Assembly (NCBI GenBank): GCA_001179505.1
Contig: CDMY01000656.1
Coordinates: 186,001-250,000, forward strand
DNA length: 64,000 bases
Direction of reading: 5' to 3'
DNA from: Vitrella brassicaformis CCMP3155
Lineage: Eukaryota; Protista; Chromerida
A program made the position numbers and the translations under genes. A model generated the notes under the pieces. It had not been told where the DNA came from and made no database searches. It worked only from the letters and a program-made list of their open reading frames with translations. This document shows positions 11,435 through 22,589 of the stretch, in pieces; position 1 is the first letter of the stretch, and the number at the start of each line of letters is the position of its first letter.

Positions 11435-12329
11435 CGAGGACTGGGAGTCGTGCAACACGTGCATCGATCCCACGCACGAGCGGCTGGGTCACTGCTGGTC
11501 CGTGAAGTGGTGACTCTCACTGGTGAGTGCAACGTGTAGATGGCTGGCTGTGTGTGAGCGACGTGATCAACCGGCGTATCGTCATCCACGAGAGAAAGAC
11601 CAGTCGGACTCGAAAGAGAACAATGGTGACTCTCACTAACGCTTCTACGCCCATCTCTCGACATTTCCTCAACACACATGACCATCATCACTTCATTCAT
11701 GCTGATGAGGTCCCATCGTCTTGCGCTTATCGTCGATAAGCTGTCTCTACATCAAGAAAAACAATCAAGAAAAGCACTCGTGAGTGAGGCGCGGCCCACG
11801 AGGCGCCGTCAATCGGCTGCGTTATGGGCCTCTTCTTGCCAGCTGCGCGGCAATGTGGACACGATGAGGGCTAAAGAGGACCGTCACACGCGGGGAGCAA
11901 AGGAGCAAGTTTGTCAAGTTGAGAAGTAAGCGTGAGATAATTCATGAGGCATTCATTCCATGAAAGGGAGTCTACATGCACACGTTACCACGGAAGGGGA
12001 TGTGTCTACTCACGAAAGAGGTAGAAAGAGGTAGCCGTGTACAGGAGCCGATGCCAGGGTGTCTGATGCTTTGCAGACACGCGCGCCATTCATGGCCTGG
12101 CTGAAAGCCCGACAGTCTCTATTGCCTACCACCACACCATCCGCACTCAGCAGACACCCAGAGAGAGAGAGAGAGAGAGACCTGTGAGAAACATGTTGGC
12201 GCAAACACGATACATACGGAGCTGCACACGCCAATACACAAAAACAAACAGGCAGCACACATAGTGCCCCGAGGCATGCATGTGTCAACGATGGTATATA
12301 GTGCACAGCTAAGTCAGTCGAACAAGGCG

Positions 12330-13028
12330 TCACTTTGGGTTCCCTCCTTGGGCGGTGCTGGAGCTGCCGGCTACCTCTCCCAGATAGAATGCGGCACTGC
12401 CCCTGCGGTCTTTCCGCGGTTTGTTCTGCTGCCCTGGTGTGCGGTCTCCGCTGCCAGCCGATACTTGCGACTCATTGGTGGCTGTCCTCATCGTTCGCAC
12501 CCGCCTGTCGACCCCCATTCCCGTCGGCTGCCTCTGGACTGTCGGTCCGCCTCCGATGGTGGCATTGGCGGTCAGTGGGCGTCCCCGATGCTTCCGCTGG
12601 ACCAGGGGCATCTCGATGATCATTGGCGGAGCACGAGCACCACCACCACCGCCACCACCGGCAGTAGCAGGCGTGGCCGCTGATTTGCTGGTTGCAGAGG
12701 GTGCAGCGGTTGTCTTGCTGGCTGCAGTGGCGCTGGGCTGTGCGGTTTGTGGAGCAACCGGTGCGGGCGAAGGCGCCGGTGGGGCAGGTGGGGGTGGGGG
12801 GGATGTCTGTTCTGTAGTGCTTGGTCCGGTGGTATTGGCACGAGACTCGGGACTGCTTTTCCCAGTCGCTTTCGCATCAGGGGCCTTCTGTCCCGGGAGC
12901 ACTGCACACACAGAAGAGAGAGGGGCATACTGTACCTGACGTTCCCAGTTGTGACACTTACTCGCGAAGGCCAGTGCCGAGTCCCTCTTGTCATTTGCTT
13001 CTCCTCGCTTGCGGCTGGTGCTTGCCAT
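12330..13028 (-). CDS. 2-exon Ala/Pro/Thr-rich low-complexity hypothetical protein
   Basis: MASTSRKRGEANDKRDSALAFA, GTAAG donor near 12961 and TGCAG acceptor near 12904 continue in frame into LPGQKAPDAK...; stop at 12330. Confidence 0.55.
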   Translation of the reverse strand: MASTSRKRGEANDKRDSALAFASKCHNWERQVQYAPLSSVCAVLPGQKAPDAKATGKSSPESRANTTGPSTTEQTSPPPPPAPPAPSPAPVAPQTAQPSATAASKTTAAPSATSKSAATPATAGGGGGGGARAPPMIIEMPLVQRKHRGRPLTANATIGGGPTVQRQPTGMGVDRRVRTMRTATNESQVSAGSGDRTPGQQNKPRKDRRGSAAFYLGEVAGSSSTAQGGNPK

Positions 13029-14579
13029 GGCCGAGGCTTTGGAACTTCGTATTTATTAGATTGGGGCCAAGAAAGCAACCGCGTAATTCAGTCCGCTTGA
13101 TGCACAGGACAGCCACCTCTCATTGAAGCTGATCGATATCTGCGGTACTCACATACGAGAGATACCTACCGCACACAGGCACGTCTTGCGTAGATATCAT
13201 GTCGGTCGGTCGAGGAAGGCCTTCACGAACACAACACACACAGGCATAGACACACACAGACACGAACACCTGCAGACCGACAGGTAAACATGGTCGCATG
13301 GAAGATTCGGACGGAATGCACCTGCACCAGCCAGCTGCTGATGCTGTCGCTCGCCCACTCCACTCAATCACATCAATCCATCCATGAGCCACTCACTCGT
13401 CTGGCCTTCGCTCGCTCTTGCACACAGACAGACGAAGAACGCGGCATGCAAAAACCGGGGGTGCATGACACACGACGCCAAGCAGCCACGCCACTCCGCG
13501 CCACGAGCCACTATGTATGTATGTAGAGACGCGGACGTTCAGACCTCAGACACACAGACAGGCAGCCAGGCAGCCAGGCAGGTACGCAGAGAGATCGGCG
13601 GACGGGCGAACAAACTTCAAAAGGGGTATGCAGGGCCATTGGCTGCAGCAACTTGGCCTCCTTCATGATACTCACTTATGTGTGGGACATTCACGTACCG
13701 TACGGTAGGCACACACACACACACACACACACAGACATACGCACACAGTCACAACCCACGAAGGAAGGAAGGCAAGGCATCCGTCCGTCCGTCCAACAGA
13801 TGAGGACGCACGCCACGGCACGGTCGTCCCACACCACTCACTCACTTGCAGCGATTGATGAATGAATGCCGTGCGCACGACAGCCTAACGGCGTACACAC
13901 GCGACGGCTTACACAGCACACACACGTGTGTGTTGGGACGTCGTACACAGAGATAGAGACCTACCCACAGACAGCCAGGCACGTCCGTGTGTCTGTGTGA
14001 TGGTACTTCTGCATCCAATGCATTCATGTCCGCAAAAAACGGCAACCAGAGCAAAGCAAAGCCCGTCCCTGTCTGTCTGTCTGTCTGCCCGGCCGGCCAC
14101 GATCGCACCTACCCATTATGAATGAATCGCTATACGTGCAGAAGATCCTACTAGAGCCCTTTTCCAAGAAAACGCCTGTGGCTGGCCTGGCCTGGCCCCC
14201 ACGAAACCAGCCACAAGAAACAGCCACGACCCCCCAACGGAACCGACCGGAGAGCAAAGAAACCCAACCAACCGACACCCAGGTGCTGTGCGCACACGCA
14301 AGCAAAAGGCAAGTAAGTCCACGAGAGAAAGTAAGAAAGTTCGAGGAGCCGCGAACGCAACACCAACAAAAGACAGACAGACACACAGACAGACTACATG
14401 CAGGTATGGCGGGTGCACCGAACAGCGCCCACTGCAGGCAGGCAGGCAGACACACGAGACACACAGACAGACAGGCCGGCCAGCCCACTCACGCACCCAT
14501 GCAACCACCCACACGCGCACAGCTAGCTCACCTACACACACCAACACACGATCCACCCCATCCATCGCATCTCATTCAG

Positions 14580-14680
14580 AAGCCAAAAATCAGACAAACA
14601 GACAGACAGACAGACAGACAAAGATCCCCAAACAAACAGAGACGAGCGGACATTCCCGGAACAGACAGACAGACAGACGG
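14580..14680. repeat. (GACA)n microsatellite cluster
   Basis: Several runs of CAGA/GACA within the 13.0-14.8 kb non-coding interval. Confidence 0.85.
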
Positions 14681-14800
14681 ACTGTGCCAACAACTCTCTC
14701 AAACCAGTGCAATCCACAGTCCGTCTGTGTGTCTGCAGTGTATTGTGACGCGACAGCAAAGCCCCCCCGTCTCTATCATAACAGTGTGTCGGTCGGTCGG

Positions 14801-17066
14801 TCAGTCTTCGTAAGGTGGGGGCGCGGGTGGTGAGGCTGACGTCTGGGCCCCCGCAGCCCCACGCATGGCCGGCCGGCCGCTCATCTCAGCCGCGCTGGGT
14901 GGAGGGGGCGGCACCCAGCCCCGCCGCTCGAACGCCGGGGGCTCGTCATTGGCCCCATTGGCCCGTGAAGACGAGGGATGCCCCACCCCACCACCACCCC
15001 TGCCACCGCTGCCTGGAAATATCTCTGGGGGCAGGGGCGAGTAGGAGGTCGGCTGTTCGTCCGGCGGGGGTCCGGGGCGATGGTGGCCGCCGCCGACAGG
15101 AGGGGGATAGGGGGCATAGGGGGCAGAGTGGGCGCTCTGCATGTCAGCTGACTCCTCCAGATGGAAGCCGGGCATGCGTCGGCCGAACCGGCCTATCTGG
15201 CGGGAGCCCCTGCCCCGCCGCGTGAACATCCGACCCCGCATGCGGCCCTCCGACTCGGCGAAGCTGTGCTCAGAAAGTCTGTCGGTCCCCCCTAATGGCG
15301 CGTCCATCCTGCCGACCGGCTGGCTGTGTGGGGAGAGGTCGGGTCTGAACTGGGGGCTCGACCGGCGCTGGTCGATGTCGCGCTCGGCCGCCAGGTGGAT
15401 GAATGCCACTGAAATCGTGATGATGAAGGAACGGCAAGGGGGATAGATGGAGAGGAGAGGTGAGGTGAGTGTTTGTGCGTGTGCTCACTCTGTCCGTCGA
15501 TGACCCGTTGTGGCTCGAGCAGGACGTGGGAGGCGCTCTCAGAAGACACGAACGTGACGAACCCGAAACCTGTCAAACACATCCAGCCATGCCATGCATC
15601 CCTCACATGACAATCTGATCTGCAACAACATGCACCCCCCCATCGTGGTCATCGTGGTGTGGTGTGGTGTGCTCACCTTTGGACTTGCCGTAGCGGTCAT
15701 ACAGCACTGATGCATCCTCCACATCGCCTTGCTGCACGTGCCCACGGACACACACTCATCGATGGCTTGTGCGTGTCTCAATCAATCGGCCTGTCTGTCT
15801 GTCGCGCCTCACATCTTCGAAGGCCTTCCGCAGCGAATCGTTGGTCGTCCGCGTATTCAGGTTCCTGACACACACGACACACAACACATCACATGGGCCA
15901 CATGGGCCAGGCCATCATCTCCGCCCCACCTGATGAATAGTTTGCGCATGGTGATGTGGTTCTCGTCATAGCCAGCAGCCGTCCTGCCCGGCCCCGCTCC
16001 CCGAGCGCTGCTCGAGGCGCTCTCCCCCTGCTGACCCGCCGCCCTCGAACTGCTCGTCAGCGACATGTGCAGCGGGTCAGATGCCAAACCGACGGTGAGC
16101 CTCCTGCCATCAAGATCGACGGGCCGCTGGATGGCCACGCGGGCGGCGTCAGCTGAGCGGAACGTGACGAAGCCGTATCCCTTAGAGCGGCCGAAGGGGT
16201 CCGTAACGATCACTCCCTCCTCTATCGGGCCGAACTGATTGAAGGCCTGCAATACACACCACATGACTGACATATACTCTCTGGCCGTATCGACGTCGGC
16301 AACAGCGAGCGCAGCCTGCCTGGAGGAGCGATTCGGTCGTTGTGCGGTACGACAAGTTCTGACCGACACACACAGAGTGAGTACGTCATCAATCAGTTCG
16401 ATGATTCGCACCATCTGTCTGTCTGTCTGTCTGCCTGTCTGTCTGCCTGTCTGTCTCCCGTACCTTGACGTACAACCGGCGGTGAGCTCTCGTCTGCAGG
16501 GATACACACAAAGCACAAAGGCAGCCCAGAAGTGTACACGTCTGCTCCTTCCATGCATCTTTGCATCCATCCCATTTGGCTCACTCACCTGCGACGCCAC
16601 CTTGTAGATCTCCCTCCTCGCCGCCGGAATGGAGTCGCCCAGTGTCACCAGCAGCTCCACCAGCTGCACACAAACCCACAACCAGACACACAAGTATCCC
16701 AGTCACATGTCACTATATGACCCTTTGCGACTGAGTGAATGAGTCAGTCCCGCTGACCTGCATCTTGCCGAGGGGGCTGAGGAGCCTCCTCATCTCTCCC
16801 CTGCCCATGGCCACCTCGCCACTCAGCTCACCGTGAGCTGTGACCTCGCTGGGTTCGCTGGTGCACATCGCGTCACACAGGCGGGTCACGTGAGAGTGCG
16901 GAGATTGATCAAACAACAAGGGGGGATGAGAGGGGTGGGAAGGGGCCGCATGGTGGTGGACCGACAAAGTGGGTGCGGATCCGTGCAGTGATCTCTCGGG
17001 CAAGTCAACTGATGGCGGGGAGGGCAGCATGAACCGGGGCTTTTCGTCCCAAGTTTCATTCCGCAT
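14801..17066 (-). CDS. two-RRM RNA-binding protein, UBP1-associated protein 2 (UBA2)-like
   Basis: N-terminal EMRRLLSPLGKMQ-LVELLVTLG...IYKVAS resembles the plant UBA2 LLEPF-KEQL block. RRM1: NLSYRTTTESL..AFNQFGPIEEGVIVTDPFGRSKGYGFVTF. RRM2: RKLFIRNL...KSKGFGFVTF. Gly/Pro/Arg-rich tail. Start at 17066 or 17030. Confidence 0.8.
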
Positions 17067-17090
17067 CCTCCGATCAGATCCCCAGCCTGC

Positions 17091-17098
17091 AGCTCGCA
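17091..17098 (+). promoter_or_regulatory. AGCTCGCA upstream motif
   Basis: Sense-strand copy ending 44 nt before the polymerase ATG at 17143. Confidence 0.6.
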
Positions 17099-17142
17099 GG
17101 TGCGGTACAGGGAGGTGAAGGAAGGCACTGCGTTGGCGTGTG

Positions 17143-19979
17143 ATGACATCTGCGTCGCATCACCAGACCGTCTTGCACTTAGACGTCGACGGTGAGAAGG
17201 ATCCACAACAACTATTGCTTGCTGTGTTTGAATGGTGACTGTCCCTGCCGTCCCCGTGTGTGCGCCTGTGTGCTGTCAGCTTTTTATGTCGAGGCTGAGC
17301 GGCTGCGTCATCCGCATCTCAAGGGAAAGCCTGTGGCAGTCTCACAGGTGGGTGGGAAGAGGCAACAAGTTCTTTGCATTGCATGCCCCTCTGTTTGCCT
17401 GTCTGTCTGTCTGCCTGCCTCCCTGTGTGTGTGTGCATGCAGCACAACCGTGGCGGCTTTGTGGCTGTGTCGTATGAGGCAAAAGCAAAGGGCATCAGGA
17501 AGGGAGATGGGGCGGGGGTGAGCGACACAGTCGGACGGATGAGAAAGCATAGACACCGATGACGAGTGAGTCAATCATCCTTCTTGTCTGTGTCTGTGTG
17601 TGCAGGAGAGGGGGCGGCAGGCGATTGAGTTCCTGCGGCATCGTCTGAGCCTCCAAGAGGTCTATCAGAAATGCCCAGACATCACCATACTCGTCATGGA
17701 CGCACCATACTACCGGTCGGTCACCTCGAGAGTTGAGAAGGCCCTCCAGACACTGCAGCCGCAGCCCAACACCGACACGCACGTCAGCCCCTCGCCCAAT
17801 CTTCGGCTGGTGGTGGAGAAGTGCAGCCTGGACGATTTCCTCATCGACGCCACACGAGAGGTGGAGTGGATGATGCAGCAGATCGGCGATCAAGACACTG
17901 CAGGAAAAGCTGCAGACGCTACCCCACCCATCTATCGGTCCCTTGAGGGCTTGTTCGCGGCATACGGCCTGCAGGTGTCATCGGCATCGAGTGGGGAGGA
18001 AGTCCACGGCCTGCTCGGGGCCACTACGTGGCTGCAGGCGGACGGAGAGGGGCTGCTGGCGCCCGAGAGGATCGCTGAGGCTGAGGATATATCATCGCTT
18101 TCCGTGTTGGATTGGTGTCGCGTGGCTTTCGCGGCGGTGGTCCGCAAGCACATTGCAAGGGAGCTGCCCGGCATGACATGCAGCGTGTAAGCGGAACTTG
18201 AGGAGTGAGGAATATTGCTAGTCCCTCAGACATCATGGTCTCGTTGGTCTGTCTGTGTGGTGCAGAGGTGTGGCGCACAATAGGCTCCTGGCCACTCTGG
18301 CGACAAAGTACTCCAAACCGGTAGCATCGTGGTGGTGACGCAGCGCTGTGTCATGTGTTATGCTCTCTGTCGCAGGACGGTGCCACGTTGCTACGATGTG
18401 ACTCTGGCGATGTGTTGGCCCTGCTGCAAGCAACGCCACTACAGTCTGTGCGCAACCTCAAGTGAGCACCATCCAGCCACACGCACCATACGTACCCACC
18501 CATCCATCCCTGTCCTTGGGGTGCGTGTGTGCCTCAGGGGTCAGCTTGGCCAGCAGGTGGTCGCCTTCCTCCGCGATGAATCCATCGACAGGCCGGTGGC
18601 ATCAGCAGCAACCGCACAACAGCAGCAGCAGCAGCAGCAGCCCTCACCGCCCCAGGATGAGGACACTTCATCACACGAAGACGAGATCGACACTGCCATG
18701 CCTCCCGTGAGCACCTCCTCTCCATCCATGACGTGTCTTGCTGCTCTCGGCGACGCGCCAAAGGAGGCTCTCGTGCGGAAGTTCGGTGAGAGGGTGGGCG
18801 TGTGGCTGGCTGGGCTGGGGAGGGGGGAAGATGCGAACAACGTGACACCAAAAGGGCCACCCAAGACCATCATCACCGAGCGGTCATTCCCTCCCGTCAA
18901 TGCGCTGTCGGCTGTGCGCAAGTGAGTGGACACGCGACGTTTGTTACTGATGTCATACTGTCTGTGTCGCGTGTGTGGCTGTCTTACGTAGGTGGGTCGA
19001 GGAGTTGAGTTGTGAGTTGCTTCGGCGGTTGATTGAGGACCATCAGACACACCACGGCAGGCTGCCCGCCAAGATGGTGGTTCGGTGGCGCAGAGGGTAT
19101 GCGCAGAACGACGCAGGGCTCCCCTCCGGCATCAGGTCAGCGACGGGCGATCTCCCGCCCGCCTTTCCTGCCCTCATGCAAGAGGCATCTCGGCGACCCA
19201 ACACCCCTCCGTAGGAACACTCGATCGCTTGTCTGGACACTGATCCGATTAGTTGACTGCCTGTCTGTCTGTCTGTCTGTCTGTGATACCACGCCAGATC
19301 GGAGCTTTCCACGTGGCCACGTGCCCTCGATCCATTCAGCAACCACGCCCTCAATCTGCTGCTCTCATCCAACGGCTTCCCCTCATCCGTCCGAGCCGCA
19401 AACGACGCGCTGCCCAACCTCAACTTGACGCGTGTGGTAGTCGGCGCTACGAGCTTCAACAATGGGCTGGCCGACAGACAGGCGACACGCATCACTGACT
19501 TCTTCGGCAAGCGGCCGGCGCATGTGGATAAGGGGGATGGGGCGATGCCCGCCAAGCGCGTGAAGGCAGCAGAGAAGGGCGAGAGTGGTGTGGCAGCACA
19601 GGACAAGGGCTGTGATAGCCGAGACAGAAGGAGGCCTCCCCCAGAAGCAGCAGCAGCAGCAGCTGAGGCTGACGTGGTGGACCTTGCTACCGACGAGTAT
19701 GACGGGGGAGATGAGGCGACCCAGGACAGCGATTCCGTGCGGTGCCCTGTCTGCAACCAGCGGATCAGCAGGGCGGCGATCGAGGCTCACGTGAATGGGC
19801 ATTTCGACAAGCCAAGCAAGCCGGCACACAGCACGAGGGGGCGGCCATCTGGCGGTGGGGGTGGGGGTGGGGACAAGAGAAGAGGCGGGAGAAGAGGAAG
19901 AGGACAGGGCAGCAAGGGCAAGAGGACTAGTGAAGGGCAGGCGTCATTGGAGGCCTTCTGGGGGAGGAACAAGGGATGA
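17143..19979 (+). CDS. POLH: Y-family translesion DNA polymerase, Pol eta-like
   Basis: Spliced motif I TVLHLDVD|AFYVEAER, then HPHLKGKPVAVSQ, VAVSYEAKAKGI, EKCSLDDFLID, SVGVAHNRLLATLA..KP and little finger PKTIITERSF. C-terminal C2H2 UBZ-like finger and PIP-like QASLEAFW. The eta assignment is by motif resemblance only. Confidence 0.85.
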
Positions 19980-20206
19980 ACATAGAGGGAGGACAGTCAG
20001 TTGTGTGGATGAATCAGCTGAGAGTCTTTGTACAGATCGAGACAGTCAGTCGATTGTAGACACATGTGTGGCTGTAGGGAGGGGGCGGGGCCAGGGGGGT
20101 TTCCTGGAGTACAGCGGCCGACTGTCACTCTCTCAATGATGAATGCACTGTCTGGTGTTGAGTAATGCCATCAAGACACGCACACACACACACACACACA
20201 TCATCA

Positions 20207-22511
20207 TCACACCATCATCTCTTCCGTGGCTGCTCGAGAAGCGCCCGCCCCACTAGACGGGGGATTGGTTCCTGACGCCTCCCGCCTCATCAGCCACGTA
20301 CTCACGCTCTTCGCCACCAGAGGAGCTGTGGGGGGCGTCTTGCCCGTCTGCACTGATGAGCCCAGGGTGTCGGATGACGCCTCAGGGGCCACCTTTCTGT
20401 TGCTGCGTAGTCTGGCGATGGGCAGTACCAATGTGCCGACTGGAGGGGTAGTGCTGCGGTCGGCGTCGGCCCTGCTGGGTGCACGAATCAGCTGCGAAAG
20501 ACCTTCGTGTGCAACTGGTCGGACGCAAACAGACAGACAGACAGACAGACGAGAGGACAGAAGGGACATGGCAATCCATTGGCCGCTTTTTGGTGTCTCC
20601 CCTCACCCATCTTCGCGGCAGCCTTTCCAGTGGCCTTTGGTGGTGTCCTGTCTGGCGGTCGTCCGGTGTCCTCAGTGCCAGCCTCACTCTCGAGGACACG
20701 CGACTGCGTCTTGGACAGGTCTGGCCGCTTGTCGATGGCCCGCTGGCTGGCGTCCTTCACCACAGACGTCAGGGGAATGTAGTACGCACACTCTGAAAAG
20801 GACAACGAACGCAGCCTGCTGTGTGTTTGGGGGTCTGCTGGTGCAGCTGGTGGTTACTTCTTACTAGTATTTCTGATCATGCGGAGCAGCGGGCTCTTGG
20901 ACAAGACGGCGCCCACCTCCTCGGTGACCTTGCCGCGGCTCTCGCGATCTTTCACTGCACACAAACACAGAGGCACATGTGCAGAAAAGTCAGTCAGGTT
21001 GTCCAACCCTCCACACAATTTTGTCCACCAACCTGATTTGGCGAGAGCCAGAATGTCTCGCATGGTCACTTGCGATAGGTGAGACTGAATACACGCACAA
21101 CCAAATGAGAGAGAGAGGGATGGCCAAATTGCATCCGTGTGACCCACACATGGACAACCAATGGTTCATGGAGGGAGAACTACCCAGATGTCCCGCTTCT
21201 CGCTCTGACTCATGCGAATGGGGAATGACGACCTGAGACAGCGAGACACACACATACCATATATGCAGTTCATCCATCCATCCATCCGTTCATGTCTCTC
21301 GCACCCCACCGACCGACCCTTCGAAGAGTGGTTCGAATCTGGCACTTTCTGCCTCCCACTGACAGGCACTCTTGTCCTGCAAAGCCTGCCGCCGCTCCTC
21401 GTCCACACGAGCCCAGTGACGGTGACCAAGGAAGACCTACACCACGTAGACAGGAACGCAAAGCAACGGACAGCGAATGTCGGTATCCCTGGTGTTCATT
21501 CGGCCCCTACCTTTCTTATTCTTGATTGGAGGAAGAATGCGGGAAAACAGGTATAGGGGAACTCATCGCACATCTGAGCAAACTCATCTGCATGAGAGTG
21601 GTCGGCGCAGGAGGGAGAAGAATGAATGCATGTCTCAGCCAGCCTTCGGGTTTGCAGTGTGTCGACAGCTGGGCGCACCGACCGAAGTACAGTCTGTTCC
21701 ACTTGCCCTCGCGGAAGAGGAATGGCACTCGATGGACGTTGCGGCCGAACACCTTGTATGCCAGCCGCTGCTCTTGGTGCAGCACCGTGAAATGCACGTA
21801 CTGATCAAACTCTTTCTAGGTCGATGCAGACAGACACCGAAGAGTGAAGGAAACCATATCACGTTGTGGTGTTCTGTGCGTGGCTGCCGTGGCTGACCTT
21901 TGTGATGTATCCATTGCGGTCGTCATCGATCACCATGAAAACAACTGTACAGTGCAGGCAGGCCACGGACACACATGTATGGACCCTTTTGCGAATGTCT
22001 GTGCCTCAGCTTTGCAAGGGCCCGCACACTCACACTGCAGCAGTTCTTCCCTGTTGAGAGCACAGTAGCACGAGAACGACACCAGAAAGTCCTCAAAACT
22101 GATGGTGTCAGAACCATTGCGGTCTGAGTGTCGCAACAAACAGATAACAGAGGACGCACGCCACCCATGGTCAGCCATGCAATGGAATGCAATCGCCAAG
22201 CGTCCACACATGCATACCAGCAAACAGGAACAGACCCGCCAGCAACATGTGCACGATGGAGCTCCGCTGCTCCCCTAGCAGCCGAAACACTTGGATCAAA
22301 GACAGGAACGTGTTGCAACTGAACCACAAACACTCAAACAACTCATAAGGCCTGATGGACAGACACGATGCGGCTTTCTGGCCCACTCTTTGTCGTGTCG
22401 CAAGAAGAGCCTCCACACTTTCGTCTGTGCCCTGCGGTCGACATTGAGGAGCAGCAGCAGCTCCTCCGCCTCCCTGTCGATAGGAGACACTGGCGCGTAG
22501 TTGCCCATCAT
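20207..22511 (-). CDS. EF-hand calcium-binding protein with low-complexity C-terminus
   Basis: MGNYAPVSPIDREAEELL start; EF loop DRNGSDTISFEDF; DEFAQMCDEFPYTCFPAFFLQSRIRK|VFLGHRHWARV; further exons to the stop at 20207. Confidence 0.65.
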
Positions 22512-22589
22512 GCGAGACGCGGTGCCCCCACTGGCCCCCGGGCCGTCTAGACGGTCGCTCTCTTTCTTCCCCCCCAGCAGGCACCCCCC

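Noticed and set aside
13100-14800. Several 60-230 aa ORFs (e.g. 14118..14813, 14288..14833)
   Set aside because: Translations are dominated by microsatellite-derived TDRQ/CLSV/HT repeats, and no exon-like segments were seen.
17192-17276. Apparent loss of the first catalytic Asp of the polymerase (LLCLN-AFY)
   Set aside because: This stretch is intron. The real exon 1 (17143-17191) supplies VLHLDVD, so motif I is intact.
18621-18641. (CAG)n poly-Gln tract in the polymerase, and poly-Ala tracts in other genes
   Set aside because: Ordinary low-complexity linkers in an SSR-rich genome.
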